DNA of 64,000 bases from assembly GCA_963755125.1 (NCBI GenBank), contig CAVWIP010000017.1, positions 394,082 to 458,081 on the forward strand, given 5' to 3'. The notes below the pieces were generated by a model. That model was not told where the DNA came from and did not search any database. It saw only the letters and a list, made by a program, of their open reading frames with translations. Every line of letters begins with the position of its first letter. The first letter of the stretch is position 1. A program made the translations under genes and the position numbers. Positions 49,529 through 60,166 of the stretch are shown here, in pieces. The stretch is from an uncultured delta proteobacterium. Lineage in GTDB: Bacteria; Myxococcota_A; Polyangia; Fen-1088.

Positions 49529-52234
49529 ATGACCGAGCCCTTTGAACCCACTGCCAGATGGATCTCCTTGCGCATGAACGCCACCCGCGATCAGGCCGCA
49601 ACTGGCCTGCGCGCCGGCTTGCCCGGCGTGGCGCTGGCCGAGCAACTGTCCCACGGGGTGGAGGCAATCATCGCTGAGTTGCTTGCTTTTCACCTGGCCC
49701 GCGCGCGCAAGGGAAGCTCGTCCGAGATCGCTGTGCTGGCCACGGGTGGGTTCGGCCGGCGCGAACTGGCGCCGTATTCTGACTTGGATTTGCTCTTCCT
49801 GTGCGCGAAGTCGCCCGACGGCGCGGTGGAGGAACTGGCCCGCGCCATTTTGGTTCCCCTGTGGGACGCCAAGGTGGACGCGGGACACGCGGTGCGTTCG
49901 GTCTCCGATGCGTTGGCCCTGCCAGCCAGCGATCTGGCCGCTGCCACCGCTTTGCTCGATGCGCGGTTTCTGACCGGCGACCGTCGGCTGGCTGATCGAT
50001 TTTTGTCGAGCTACCACACCCGGGTGGCCAAGGCCTCGACCGATGGCTTCGTGGCGCGCCTGCGTTCGGAGCAGTTCAGCCGCCACTCGCGTTTCGGTGA
50101 CACCATATTCATGCTCGAGCCTGACCTGAAGAGCGGCCCGGGCGGGATTCGCGATCTGTGTGTGGGGCGCTGGGCGGCCCAGGTTGGCTTCAAGACCGCC
50201 GATCCGCAGAAGCTCCAGCAGATGGGTGAGATGTCGCCCCGTCAGGCTGCGGCGATGGAAGCGGCCCGGGACTGGCTTCTGCGGGTACGCGTCGCCGTGC
50301 ACCTGACCGCGGGCCGGCGCCAGGAGCAACTTCGCTTCGATCTCCAGGAGAGCATTGCGCCGCTTTTCCACCCCGACGCCACATCGGGGCCGGGCGGGGT
50401 TCGTCCTGCCGTGGCGCCTGCGGTGGAGGCGCTCATGCACGACTTTCAGAGGCACGCGCGCGCGGTCAGCCGGGAAACCGAGCGCCTGCTGCGGCGGGTG
50501 TGCACCGATCGCAGCCATCAGCCGACCGTGCAGACCATGCGGATCGACAAGGCCGGCAAGGCGGACCCGAGTTTCGAGATTTCCGACGGCACGCTTGAGG
50601 TAAAGAACAACATCATCTTCGAGACAAAACCTTACGAGATGATTAGGCTTTTTGCGCTGTCGATCGAATCGAATCTGGCCGTGGGCCGACGCACGGCTGA
50701 CCTGGTGGCCGAGATCGCCGCTACCCGGGGCGCGGACCTGCGCGAGGATCCGGAGGCGGCCACGCACTTCCTGCAGGTCCTGGTCGACACCCGCGATGCC
50801 GGCACGCCCTCGCGCCTGGAACAGATGCACGACCTGGGGCTCATCAGCGCACTCATCCCGGAGTGGGAGCCGCTGGTAGGCCGGGTGCAGCACGACCTGT
50901 ATCACGTGTACACGGTGGACCAGCACTCCCTTTATGCGGTGGCCACCTTGAAGGCCGTCGCGCGGGGCGAGATGGCGGCTGACTACCCGCAGGTTTCGGC
51001 CGAGTTCCCCGCGGTCACGCGGCGGCTGGCCTTGTTCGTGGGGGTGCTCTTGCACGACGTGGGCAAGCCACTCGGGTCGCCCCACGACGAGAAGGGCGCC
51101 GTGCTGTCCGAGCGCATTGCCGCCCGCCTGGGTCTCATCCCGGCCGACGTGCGCCTGGTGGAGTTCCTGGTGCGCGAGCACCTTTTCATGAGCCACACCT
51201 CGCAGCGCCGCGACCTGGAAGACGTCAGCCTGATCGAGCACTTTGCCAAGGGCTGCGAGAACGAGGAAAAACTGCGCCAGCTCTTCCTGCTGACCTTCTG
51301 CGACCTGGCCTCCACCGGTCCCAAGACCATGACCCATTGGAAGAGCGAGCTGATGGCCGACCTGTTCGAGCGCACTCTCAAGTTCATGCGGCGAGGCGCG
51401 GACCTCTTGCAGGCCGAGCAGGCCGAGTTGGTGCAGGAGAGGGAGAAGCAGGCGGCGTTGCTGCTCGCCGGCGAGGTGGAAGGGACCGTGCTGGCCGACC
51501 TCTTTGCCGGGCTGCCTGACCGCTACTTCACCGAGAACGAAGCCGAGCGGATCGCCGCGCACATGCGCCTGGCGCTGGGCCGCAAAGGGCCGTGCGCCAT
51601 CGAGGTGAACCATTCCCCGCGGGGAACCTCCTCGGAACTGGTGCTGGTGGCCCAGGACGTGCCCGGCCTGCTGGCCCGGGTCGCGGGCGTGTTTTTCGCC
51701 AACCGCATCGACATTCTGGACGCCGCCATCTATTCACGCGAGGCGGTGTCCGGCCGAAGCCAGGGCGAGGCTCTGGACGTGTTCCGCATCCGCAAGGAGC
51801 CCGACGGCGCGGTGACCGACGAGCGCCGCATCGCCAGCCTCCGGGCCGACCTGGAAGCCGTGCTGGCCGGTCAGGTGAGCGTCGATGCGCTGGTGGCCCG
51901 GCGGCCGCGCGCGCCGTCCATCATCGACCGGGCCAAGCCCGAGGTGCCACCCACCGAGGTGCGCGTGGACAACGAGATCAGCTCCGCCTTCACCGTGCTC
52001 GACGTCTTCACCGAGGACAAGCCGGGGGTGCTTTACACCATCACGCGAACCCTGGCAGAGCACGGCCTGGACATCCATCGCTCGCGGGTGGGTGTGGCCG
52101 GCGACCGGGTGGCCGACATCTTCTACGTGCGGGACATTGCCACGGGCGGGAAGTTGACTGATCCGGCGCGGCTGAATTCGCTGGCTGATGCGCTCAAGAA
52201 GGCGCTGCCGGGGTCAGTGGGTCGAAAAGGGTAG
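49529..52234 (+). CDS. glnD: [protein-PII] uridylyltransferase/uridylyl-removing enzyme
   Basis: GGFGRRELAPYSDLDL, EPDLKSGPGGIRD, YHVYTVDQH, LLHDVGK, two C-terminal ACT domains; start uncertain. Confidence 0.95.
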   Translation: MTEPFEPTARWISLRMNATRDQAATGLRAGLPGVALAEQLSHGVEAIIAELLAFHLARARKGSSSEIAVLATGGFGRRELAPYSDLDLLFLCAKSPDGAVEELARAILVPLWDAKVDAGHAVRSVSDALALPASDLAAATALLDARFLTGDRRLADRFLSSYHTRVAKASTDGFVARLRSEQFSRHSRFGDTIFMLEPDLKSGPGGIRDLCVGRWAAQVGFKTADPQKLQQMGEMSPRQAAAMEAARDWLLRVRVAVHLTAGRRQEQLRFDLQESIAPLFHPDATSGPGGVRPAVAPAVEALMHDFQRHARAVSRETERLLRRVCTDRSHQPTVQTMRIDKAGKADPSFEISDGTLEVKNNIIFETKPYEMIRLFALSIESNLAVGRRTADLVAEIAATRGADLREDPEAATHFLQVLVDTRDAGTPSRLEQMHDLGLISALIPEWEPLVGRVQHDLYHVYTVDQHSLYAVATLKAVARGEMAADYPQVSAEFPAVTRRLALFVGVLLHDVGKPLGSPHDEKGAVLSERIAARLGLIPADVRLVEFLVREHLFMSHTSQRRDLEDVSLIEHFAKGCENEEKLRQLFLLTFCDLASTGPKTMTHWKSELMADLFERTLKFMRRGADLLQAEQAELVQEREKQAALLLAGEVEGTVLADLFAGLPDRYFTENEAERIAAHMRLALGRKGPCAIEVNHSPRGTSSELVLVAQDVPGLLARVAGVFFANRIDILDAAIYSREAVSGRSQGEALDVFRIRKEPDGAVTDERRIASLRADLEAVLAGQVSVDALVARRPRAPSIIDRAKPEVPPTEVRVDNEISSAFTVLDVFTEDKPGVLYTITRTLAEHGLDIHRSRVGVAGDRVADIFYVRDIATGGKLTDPARLNSLADALKKALPGSVGRKG

Positions 52235-52291
52235 AGCGCACAAGCCGCAAACCCGTTGACACATTCCTGCGTCGGCGCTGAAGTTGCGCCC

Positions 52292-53362
52292 ATGTTCAAT
52301 CTTGCTGCCGTTGCTGTGGTCATCATGCTTGCGCAGGGCGGGGCGCCGCCAGGCCCGCAGAAAGCCAATCCCGCAGCGGCCCACCTCGAACGAGGGCAGA
52401 AGCTCATCCAGTCGGGCGATCTGGCCGGCGCGCTGGAGGCGTTCGATGCGGCGGCCAAGGCCGACCCCAAGGACCCTCGCGCCTGGTATTTGCGGGGCGT
52501 GGTGTTGGAAAAGCGGCACGACGCGAGCGGGGCAGAGAGGGCGTACCGTGAGGCGGTCGACCGCGACGCCAGGTTCGCGCCCGCGCACAACAACCTCGGG
52601 GCCATGCTGTTGGGCAAGGGTGAGACAGGTGCCGCCGAGAAGGAACTCCATGCCGCTATCAGCGGCGATCCCAAGTACGCCGATGCCCACTTCAACCTAG
52701 GGCTGGTGCGCGACACACAGGGCAAGCCAGGCGAAGCGGTGAAGTCGTACCGCGAGGCCGTGCGCCTGCGGCCCGACGACGCCAGCTTTCACGTCAACCT
52801 GGGCGCGGCGCTGCGCAAGACCGGCGAGATCGACAGCGCCCTGCTGGAGCTGCGTCAGGCGGCACGCCTGGCGCCGCAAGACGCGACGGCGTGGACCAAC
52901 CTGGGGCTTCTGCTTTCCGACAAGAAGGCGTTCGACGAAGCGCGCGAAGCGCTGGAGAAGGCCACCAAGATAGACCCCAAGCTGGCGGCAGCGTGGACCG
53001 GGCTGGGACGGGTGGAGATGCGGCGCAAGCAGCCAGCCGCGGCTGCCGATGCGCTGGCGCGGGCACGCAAGCTGGATGCGAAGAACCCCACTGTCGCCGC
53101 CGACTACTGCCGCGCACTGGCTGACAAAGACATCAGGGCCAAGGGGACTCAGGAGGAATGCCGGGCTGCGGTCGCCCTCGACGGCAGCAACGCCCTGGCT
53201 CGCTACGAACTGGGCAAGGTTCTGGTGGCTCAAGGCGACTGCGCCGCGGCCAAGAGCGAACTGGACAAGTTCGCCGCCCTCGACGGGGTAAAGCCCGAGG
53301 CCAAGGTCAAGGCCCAGGAGATCCTGAAGACCTGCACGCCCGCCAAGCCGGGAAAGAAGTAG
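52292..53362 (+). CDS. exported tetratricopeptide-repeat protein
   Basis: Signal-like N-terminus; repeated AHNNLG/AHFNLG/AWTNLG TPR units. Confidence 0.9.
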   Translation: MFNLAAVAVVIMLAQGGAPPGPQKANPAAAHLERGQKLIQSGDLAGALEAFDAAAKADPKDPRAWYLRGVVLEKRHDASGAERAYREAVDRDARFAPAHNNLGAMLLGKGETGAAEKELHAAISGDPKYADAHFNLGLVRDTQGKPGEAVKSYREAVRLRPDDASFHVNLGAALRKTGEIDSALLELRQAARLAPQDATAWTNLGLLLSDKKAFDEAREALEKATKIDPKLAAAWTGLGRVEMRRKQPAAAADALARARKLDAKNPTVAADYCRALADKDIRAKGTQEECRAAVALDGSNALARYELGKVLVAQGDCAAAKSELDKFAALDGVKPEAKVKAQEILKTCTPAKPGKK

Positions 53363-53386
53363 CCGAAGCGGAGACACAGAAAACCG

Positions 53387-54714
53387 CTGACCGCCTATCA
53401 GATCGAGCCCGAAAAAGCTGGATCATTTCGATCACTTACGAAATAGCGTGAAAAATAAGTGGAAAAGGGCCCACGGGTCCTCCGAAGTTTGGTTTTTGCC
53501 AACTAAACGCAGGAGGTTTCCCCGTGAGCCCAGAACGAACCTACCCATTTCTCAGCGACTTGCTCGACCCTTTTCATAAGGCGCGCCGCAGAACGCTGGG
53601 TCTGATCATCGCCGCCATCGCCGCCACTGGTCAGGCTCGCTCGTTCGCCATCGCCACGACTCTGGCCGGCTGGCTGCGGACCAGGCTGGACAGTGCGGTC
53701 AATCGCTTCTACCGGCTGCTGCGCAATGAGCACGTCGACTATCTTGAATTCGCCACGCGGTCGCTGGATTTGCTCGCCCGTCGCCCGGATCGGCATGTCC
53801 TGCTCGCTGTGGACTGGACCGAATGGCACCATGACTTGCGCCTCCTGGTCGCTGCCATGGTCACCGGCAAGCGGGCCATCCCCGTCTTCGTTCAAGGTTG
53901 GCGCAAGTTGATCCGAGATCGCTCGCAGAATACCCGGGAGAATACCTTCCTGCGCTTCCTGGCCGACGTCACCCGTCGGGCGGGTGTCACCGCGACGATT
54001 CTGTGCGACCGCGGATTTCGTCGCGCGAGTTGGCTGGCGTTGTTGCAGACGCTGCGCTTGGGCTTCGTCGTCCGTTTGATGGCCGATGTCTACGTCGAGC
54101 TTGAGCCTGGTGTACGTCAACCATTGGAGGCCATTCTCCTGCAACCAGGGCAGGTGCTCGATCTCGGCGTGGTTCCGCTGCGTGCCGACGGTGTTGTCTC
54201 GGTTCGCATCATCGGATACTGGGCTCCTGGTGCTCATGAACCGTGGTGGGTCGCCACCAGCGAACCCGGTTCCGCCAAGCAGGTGCTGGCGCTCTATGAC
54301 CGCCGCATGACCGTCGAGGAGCAATTCCGAGACACGAAAGGCCGACGTTTCGGCGCCAAGCTCTTTTGGACCCAGTTCCGCGACCCAGTGGCCCTGGCCC
54401 GCTTCGTTAGCCTTCTGGCCGTAGCCCTCTTGATCTGGACTCTGGTGGGCATCACCGCCGCGCTGATCGATCCCTCTTTGCGCCTGCGCTGCAAACGCAA
54501 AGGGCCTCGTCAGTCCTTCGTCACCATCGGCATCAGAGCCTTGGCGCTCGGCACATTCTCCGCGCGCTTCGACCGCCTCTCCGTGCCCCTGATTCTCGAA
54601 CCACCCACCATGCGTCCTCTGCGTCTCCTGGAGGCGTCCAAATGACGTTATCCACAGGCATTTCGCGGAGTTCCCGCACCAATGCCGCACTTTTCGCCAA
54701 AGATCAACGGTCAG
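53387..54714 (+). mobile_element. IS4-family (IS10/IS50-like) insertion sequence, 1328 bp
   Basis: Imperfect terminal IRs CTGACCGCCTATC / GATCAACGGTCAG; perfect 9-bp TSD AGAAAACCG at 53378-53386 and 54715-54723. Confidence 0.92.
53524..54645 (+). CDS. IS4-family DDE transposase
   Basis: AVDWT, CDRGF, YDRRMTVEEQFRDTK (YREK motif); AGGAGG RBS before GTG. Confidence 0.92.
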   Translation: MSPERTYPFLSDLLDPFHKARRRTLGLIIAAIAATGQARSFAIATTLAGWLRTRLDSAVNRFYRLLRNEHVDYLEFATRSLDLLARRPDRHVLLAVDWTEWHHDLRLLVAAMVTGKRAIPVFVQGWRKLIRDRSQNTRENTFLRFLADVTRRAGVTATILCDRGFRRASWLALLQTLRLGFVVRLMADVYVELEPGVRQPLEAILLQPGQVLDLGVVPLRADGVVSVRIIGYWAPGAHEPWWVATSEPGSAKQVLALYDRRMTVEEQFRDTKGRRFGAKLFWTQFRDPVALARFVSLLAVALLIWTLVGITAALIDPSLRLRCKRKGPRQSFVTIGIRALALGTFSARFDRLSVPLILEPPTMRPLRLLEASK

Positions 54715-54726
54715 AGAAAACCGCAC

Positions 54727-54756
54727 TTGAATGATTGCCCCGCGCTCGGCTAATCT
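54727..54756 (+). promoter_or_regulatory. putative leaderless promoter of guaB-guaA
   Basis: TTGAAT-N18-TAATCT-N6-ATG(54763). Confidence 0.5.
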
Positions 54757-54762
54757 CCCGAG

Positions 54763-56232
54763 ATGCTGCCCGACGGTCCCCTGCGCGAAGCGCTCACCTT
54801 CGACGACGTGCTGCTGGTTCCCGCGGAGAGCGACGTCTTGCCCAAGGACGTCGACGTCCGCACCGAGTTGACCGCCACCATTCCCCTGGCCAACCCGATC
54901 ATCTCGGCGGCCATGGATTCCGTGACCGAGGCGCGCACCGCCATCAGCATGGCGCGCGACGGTGGCCTGGGCATCATTCACAAGAATCTGGGCATCGACG
55001 AGCAGGCCCTGGAAGTCAGCAAGGTGAAGAAGGCGGAAACCGGGGTGGTGCTCGATCCGGTGACCATCGGCCCCGATCAGAAACTCTTCGCGGCGCTCGA
55101 GTTGATGAAGCGCTACGAGATCTCCGGCCTGCCGGTGGTGGCCGAGGACGGTCGGCTGGTCGGCATCCTGACCAATCGTGACTTGCGCTTCGAGCGCCAC
55201 CTCGATCAGCCGGTGCGCAGTCTCATGACCACCAAGCTCATCACCGCGCACGAGGGGTTGACCCTGGAGCAGTCCAAGGAGTTGCTGCACAAGAATCGCA
55301 TCGAGAAGCTCCTGGTGGTCGACGACGCGGGCCGGCTGCGCGGGCTCATCACCATCAAGGACATCGAGAAGGCTCAGCAGCACCCCTACGCGGTCAAGGA
55401 TGACCTGGGCCGTCTTCGCGTGGGCGCTGCGGTAGGCACCGGACCCGACCGGGCGGCGCGCGCGGCCGCCTTGTTGCAGGCGGGCGCCGATGTCATCTGC
55501 GTCGACACCGCCCATGGCCACTCCCGCTCGGTGCTGGAAGCAGTGGCCGACATCCGCAAGACCTTCCCCAAGGCGCAGATCATCGCCGGCAATGTGGCGA
55601 CCGCAGAGGGCGCGCTGGCCCTGGCCAAGGCGGGCGCCAACGCGGTCAAGGTGGGCATCGGCGCCGGATCGATCTGCACCACCCGCGTGATCGCTGGCAT
55701 CGGCGTTCCCCAGATGACCGCGGTGACCGACGCCGCGCGCGCTCTGGCCAAGCTGGACGTGCGCCTCGTTTCCGACGGCGGCGTGAAGTACTCGGGCGAC
55801 ATCACCAAGGCCATCGCGGCGGGTGCCCACACCGTGATGATCGGCAGCCTGTTCGCCGGCACCGACGAGGCGCCGGGCGAAATCATTCTTTACCAGGGCC
55901 GCAGCTACAAGGTGTACCGGGGCATGGGGTCGGTGGGCGCCATGCGCGTGGGCAGCAAGGACCGCTACTTCCAGTCCGACGTCACCGCCGACGCCAAGCT
56001 GGTGCCGGAAGGCATCGAGGGACGCGTGCCCTATCGAGGAAGTCTTTCGCAATCGATGTACCAGCTCATCGGTGGCTTGCGTTCGGGTATGGGCTATTGC
56101 GGCTGCCGTAACATCGCCGACCTGCACAGCAAGGCACGCTTCATCAAGATCACGCAGATGGGTCTGCGCGAATCGCACGTCCACGACGTGATCATCACGA
56201 AAGAGGCACCGAACTACAGAGTGGAGCAGTAG
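54763..56232 (+). CDS. guaB: IMP dehydrogenase
   Basis: [13 protein letters not shown] pair, [17 protein letters not shown]. Confidence 0.99.
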   Translation: MLPDGPLREALTFDDVLLVPAESDVLPKDVDVRTELTATIPLANPIISAAMDSVTEARTAISMARDGGLGIIHKNLGIDEQALEVSKVKKAETGVVLDPVTIGPDQKLFAALELMKRYEISGLPVVAEDGRLVGILTNRDLRFERHLDQPVRSLMTTKLITAHEGLTLEQSKELLHKNRIEKLLVVDDAGRLRGLITIKDIEKAQQHPYAVKDDLGRLRVGAAVGTGPDRAARAAALLQAGADVICVDTAHGHSRSVLEAVADIRKTFPKAQIIAGNVATAEGALALAKAGANAVKVGIGAGSICTTRVIAGIGVPQMTAVTDAARALAKLDVRLVSDGGVKYSGDITKAIAAGAHTVMIGSLFAGTDEAPGEIILYQGRSYKVYRGMGSVGAMRVGSKDRYFQSDVTADAKLVPEGIEGRVPYRGSLSQSMYQLIGGLRSGMGYCGCRNIADLHSKARFIKITQMGLRESHVHDVIITKEAPNYRVEQ

Positions 56233-56245
56233 CCGGGCGGCGCCG

Positions 56246-57793
56246 ATGTCTCACAAACAACTTGTTCTGATCCTCGACTTCGGTTCGCAGTACACGCAGC
56301 TCATCGCACGGCGGGTGCGCGAGCAGAAGGTGTACTCGGAGATTCATCCCTTCAACCTGTCGCTCGACAAGATTCGCGCCATGCGGCCCGCGGGCATCAT
56401 CCTTTCGGGTGGGCCCTCGTCGGTGTACGACCAGGGCGCCCCGCGGGTAAACGTCGAACTGTTCGCGCTGGGCGTGCCCATCCTCGGCATCTGCTACGGC
56501 GTGCAATTGTCCAGCCTGCTCCTCGGCGGCAAGGTGGAACCGGCACAGAATCGCGAGTACGGTCGCGCCTCGGTCAAGCTGGAGACCGCGTCCGAGCTGT
56601 TTGCCGGCTTCACGGTGGGTGAAGAGATCGCGGTTTGGATGAGCCACGGCGACCGGGTCGAGTCGTTGCCTGCCGACTTTCGTTCCCTCGGCGTGAGCGA
56701 CAACTGCCCCTTCGCCGCGGTGGAATCCCTCAAGCACAAGTTCTGGGGCGTGCAGTTTCACCCCGAGGTGGCCCACACCCCGCGCGGCAACGAGATTCTG
56801 GGCAACTTCCTCTTTCGCGTGTGCCGGTGCGAGCCGAGCTGGACCATGGCGAATTTCGTCGATGAGGCCATCCTGCAGGTCAAGCAGCAGGTGGGCGCGG
56901 GGCGCGTGATCTGCGGCCTTTCCGGGGGCGTGGATTCGTCGGTGGCCGCTTCGCTGGTACACCGGGCGGTGGGCGACCGGCTGACCTGCATCTTCGTCGA
57001 CAACGGCCTTTTGCGGGCCCGCGAGTCGGTCCAGGTCGAGAGCGTGTTTCGCGACGCCTTCAGGATGAATCTGGTGGTGGTCGATGCGGCCGATCGCTTT
57101 CTCGCCAAGCTGGCCGGCGTGGAGGATCCCGAACAGAAACGCAAGATCATCGGCCGCGAGTTCATCGCGGTGTTCGAGGAAGAGGCGCGCAAGGCCGGCA
57201 AGGCCGACTTCCTGGTGCAGGGAACGCTGTATCCCGACGTCATCGAGTCGGTTTCGCACAAGGGGCCATCCGCCACCATCAAGTCTCATCACAACGTGGG
57301 TGGCCTGCCCGACAAAATGAACCTGAAGCTGGTAGAACCCCTGCGCGAACTGTTCAAAGACGAGGTGCGCGCGCTAGGGAAGGAACTCAATCTTCCCCAT
57401 GACCTGCTCTGGCGCCAGCCATTCCCGGGACCGGGGCTGGCCGTGCGCATCCTGGGGCCGGTCAACAAGGAACGCTGCGAGCTGCTCCGCCACGGCGACT
57501 GCATCATCGACGAAGAGATCCGCGCGGCCGGCCTGTACGAGAGCATCTGGCAATCGTTCGGGGTGCTGCTTCCGGTGCGCAGCGTGGGCGTGATGGGCGA
57601 CGAGCGTACCTATGCGAACGTGCTCGCCCTGCGCGCCGTGCATTCCAAGGATGGCATGACCGCCGATTGGGTGCCGCTGCCGCACGACCTGCTGGCCACC
57701 ATCTCGTCGCGCATCGTGAACGAGGTGCGCGGAATCAACCGCGTGGTGTATGACATCTCGTCCAAGCCGCCGGCCACCATCGAATGGGAATAG
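56246..57793 (+). CDS. guaA: GMP synthase (glutamine-hydrolysing)
   Basis: [39 protein letters not shown]. Confidence 0.99.
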   Translation: MSHKQLVLILDFGSQYTQLIARRVREQKVYSEIHPFNLSLDKIRAMRPAGIILSGGPSSVYDQGAPRVNVELFALGVPILGICYGVQLSSLLLGGKVEPAQNREYGRASVKLETASELFAGFTVGEEIAVWMSHGDRVESLPADFRSLGVSDNCPFAAVESLKHKFWGVQFHPEVAHTPRGNEILGNFLFRVCRCEPSWTMANFVDEAILQVKQQVGAGRVICGLSGGVDSSVAASLVHRAVGDRLTCIFVDNGLLRARESVQVESVFRDAFRMNLVVVDAADRFLAKLAGVEDPEQKRKIIGREFIAVFEEEARKAGKADFLVQGTLYPDVIESVSHKGPSATIKSHHNVGGLPDKMNLKLVEPLRELFKDEVRALGKELNLPHDLLWRQPFPGPGLAVRILGPVNKERCELLRHGDCIIDEEIRAAGLYESIWQSFGVLLPVRSVGVMGDERTYANVLALRAVHSKDGMTADWVPLPHDLLATISSRIVNEVRGINRVVYDISSKPPATIEWE

Positions 57794-58443
57794 GACATTC
57801 GGTCGTGGTCGTGGTCGTGGCCGGTTTTTCCACGGCGCACGCCGCGAAGCCCGCTTCCCTGGTTCGCCCCCTGGCCAGAGCCGAGGTGGATTGGTCGGCG
57901 GGAACGGTCACGGCCAGCGCAGGGGCAGCGGCCGACATGCGCATGCCTTCGCCTGATGCGGCTCGGCCTGGCGCAGAACGGCGTGCGCGCGCTGCTGCGA
58001 TCGAGAAGCTGCGGGCGGCCTTGCGCGTGCTGCCGATACGAGGCGGTGAAAGGCTGGGGGAGAAACAAGTCGAGGCGGCGCTGGGCCATGCGAGCACGAC
58101 GCGCATCGAGTACCAGTCGAATGGGGGAGTGGTGTTGTGGGTCGGGGTCGGGTTCGAGGATCTACGGGGAAATGCTTCGACCACGACCACGACCACGGCC
58201 ACGGGCTCGGTGTTTCTTGCAGTGGGGGCGATGCCGTTGGAGTTAGCGCCTCTGCTGCTGGCCGACGGCAAGGAAATCGTCGTGCGAGACGTGCGCTACC
58301 ACCAGGGTCCTCCGCCCGCAGGGGCGATCACTGTTCGCCGCGACGACAAGGGGCGGCTGGTGCTTCCCAAGGGCTCGGAGGCGACGATCGATCGACTCGC
58401 CGGCGGACCGGTTGTGATCTACCTTCAGAAGGTTCTGCCATGA
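57784..58443 (+). CDS. hypothetical exported protein, LPP20-like
   Basis: [26 protein letters not shown]; start uncertain. Confidence 0.55.
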   Translation: MGIGHSVVVVVVAGFSTAHAAKPASLVRPLARAEVDWSAGTVTASAGAAADMRMPSPDAARPGAERRARAAAIEKLRAALRVLPIRGGERLGEKQVEAALGHASTTRIEYQSNGGVVLWVGVGFEDLRGNASTTTTTTATGSVFLAVGAMPLELAPLLLADGKEIVVRDVRYHQGPPPAGAITVRRDDKGRLVLPKGSEATIDRLAGGPVVIYLQKVLP

Positions 58444-59621
58444 GACAACTTGGCCCCGGGGCTGCAACTAGGCTTGTGACTTCATCGGTCCAGCCACACT
58501 TCGGTGTCGCGGGGACCGTCGTGGCACTACTCTTTGCCTTGCCGGCCGTCGCGCAGTTGGGTGAGCACGTGGTCACCGCCGAGGCGCCCGTTGTGAACGG
58601 CAACGCGGTGGTCGCCAAGCAGCGCGCGCTGGCCGATGCGTTTCGTCAGGCGGTGGAGCGCGCCTTCTCGGACCTGCTCAAAGAAGGTGGCGGTGAGGCG
58701 CAGCCTGGCTCGGCCGGGCTGGCGCAGCTCAAGGCCTCGTTTGCCAATCGCGGTCAGCGTTTCGTGCGCAGCTACCGCATCCTCGATGAGGAAGAAGCGA
58801 ACGGCCGCCTGCGCGTGCAGATCGACGCGGAGGTGGACACAGCCCTGCTTCGGCGGGAGATGGAGCGTGCTCGCGGAACCAGCGCCGGGGAGCCTGTGAC
58901 CACGTCCGCGCGGCCCGCGGGACCGTCGGTCGTCGTGGGCGGCGATTTGCCCGTCGAAGCCAGCACCGCGGTGGTGAAAGCGCTGGCAGCCGTCGGCGTG
59001 CAAGCGCAGTCGGTCGCTGTGCGCGACGAGGTCCCGTTGGTCGCTGCGGCGTCACGTCAGGCGGCGCCGGCGCTTCACGTGGATGCCACCTGGTTTGGCG
59101 AAGGGTCGATTCGCGGGGCGACGCGCGTTTCCGTGCGCTGCCAACTGCGCGCGCGGCTGCTTTCCGCGGGCAGGGCAGCCAGTCTCGACAGCAGCGAGCG
59201 GGGATTCGCGGGCGACGAGTCCGCCGCAAGGTTGGCGTGCTGGCAGCGCGTCGCGGTGGTCCTGGCACAGCAGTTGTCCACTTCATTCCGGCCGACTCCC
59301 GCGGGCGCGCGCTATGTGACATTGGATCTGGACGTGGTCGAGCCGGCGGCACTCATGACGTTGATTCAGGTGGTGAAGCGCCTGGGCGCGGTGACGGCGG
59401 CCGAGGTTCGTCACGTGACCACGCACCAGGCCGAGGTCCGCGTGTTTACGCGCATGAGCGGGCGCGAAATTCAGGCCGCTCTCATTCGCGATGTCGGAGG
59501 CCGGCTGCTGGTGACCGAACTCCAGCCGCCGGCCGATCGGGTGACACTCCAGGTTCGCTCGGCGCAAGCCGGCGATCTGCCAACCGGAGCAGGGGCCGAA
59601 CCTCCTGCAACAAAGCCATGA
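58440..59621 (+). CDS. exported protein with FlgT-N/LPP20-like N-terminal domain
   Basis: AEAPVVNGN..AKQRALADAFRQAVE..FVRSYRILDE..VQIDAEVD; ATGA overlaps on both sides. Confidence 0.6.
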   Translation: MRQLGPGAATRLVTSSVQPHFGVAGTVVALLFALPAVAQLGEHVVTAEAPVVNGNAVVAKQRALADAFRQAVERAFSDLLKEGGGEAQPGSAGLAQLKASFANRGQRFVRSYRILDEEEANGRLRVQIDAEVDTALLRREMERARGTSAGEPVTTSARPAGPSVVVGGDLPVEASTAVVKALAAVGVQAQSVAVRDEVPLVAAASRQAAPALHVDATWFGEGSIRGATRVSVRCQLRARLLSAGRAASLDSSERGFAGDESAARLACWQRVAVVLAQQLSTSFRPTPAGARYVTLDLDVVEPAALMTLIQVVKRLGAVTAAEVRHVTTHQAEVRVFTRMSGREIQAALIRDVGGRLLVTELQPPADRVTLQVRSAQAGDLPTGAGAEPPATKP

Positions 59622-59917
59622 AGCCAACTGTGGTCGTCCTCTTCGTCGTGTTCTTGTTCGCCGGCTGTGCCTCGCTGAAATCCGAGGGGTCGGTTGTCTT
59701 CCGGGTCGAATGCAACGTGCCTGACGCCGTGGTGCTGCTCGACGACGTGCCCATGGGACACGCTTCGCAGTGGGCGAAGCCGGATCGTTTCATCCGGCCC
59801 GGTTTTTACCGAGTCGAGATTCGCCACCCGAGCTACTACTCGCACTTCGAGGAGATCACGGTGGCCGACGGTGGCGCGGCGACGGTGAAGGCCGAGTTGC
59901 ACCCGTTGCTGGAATAG
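59618..59917 (+). CDS. small PEGA-domain lipoprotein
   Basis: Lipobox LFAG-C; CNVPDAVVLLD..G...PGFYRVEIRHPSY. Confidence 0.8.
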   Translation: MKPTVVVLFVVFLFAGCASLKSEGSVVFRVECNVPDAVVLLDDVPMGHASQWAKPDRFIRPGFYRVEIRHPSYYSHFEEITVADGGAATVKAELHPLLE

Positions 59918-60017
59918 ATGGAACCCGAGCGCGGGGGCCGATTACGAATGCCCATCTGCCAGCGGTGGCAGGAGGCGCGTTGGTAGCGAAAGCCACGACG
60001 ACGTCCCTTTGTACCCA

Positions 60018-60129
60018 GCCGACAAGCCGGGCTGCTGGCAAGGAGGGCCGAGAACCGGACCGGAATGTACTGATGTACTTGAGGACCGGAAGCGCAGGCC
60101 CGACGCAGCCAGCGGCTCGGATCGTCGGC
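60018..60129 (+). other. long intergenic hairpin with purine-rich internal loops (REP/MITE-like element or ncRNA)
   Basis: GCCGAC/GTCGGC, CCGGGCTGCTGGC/GCCAGCGGCTCGG, GGGCC/GGCCC, CCGG/CCGG, GTAC-TGAT-GTAC apex. Confidence 0.65.
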
Positions 60130-60166
60130 CGTCGTCGCCTCGGTGGGTTGAGGGAGCTTCTCGTTA

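Noticed and set aside
53503..56184. 893-aa minus-strand ORF and similar long antisense ORFs (49520-51613, 38807-40126, 24802-26082, 3979-5064)
   Set aside because: Antisense shadows of well-supported genes, expected in high-GC DNA; no motifs
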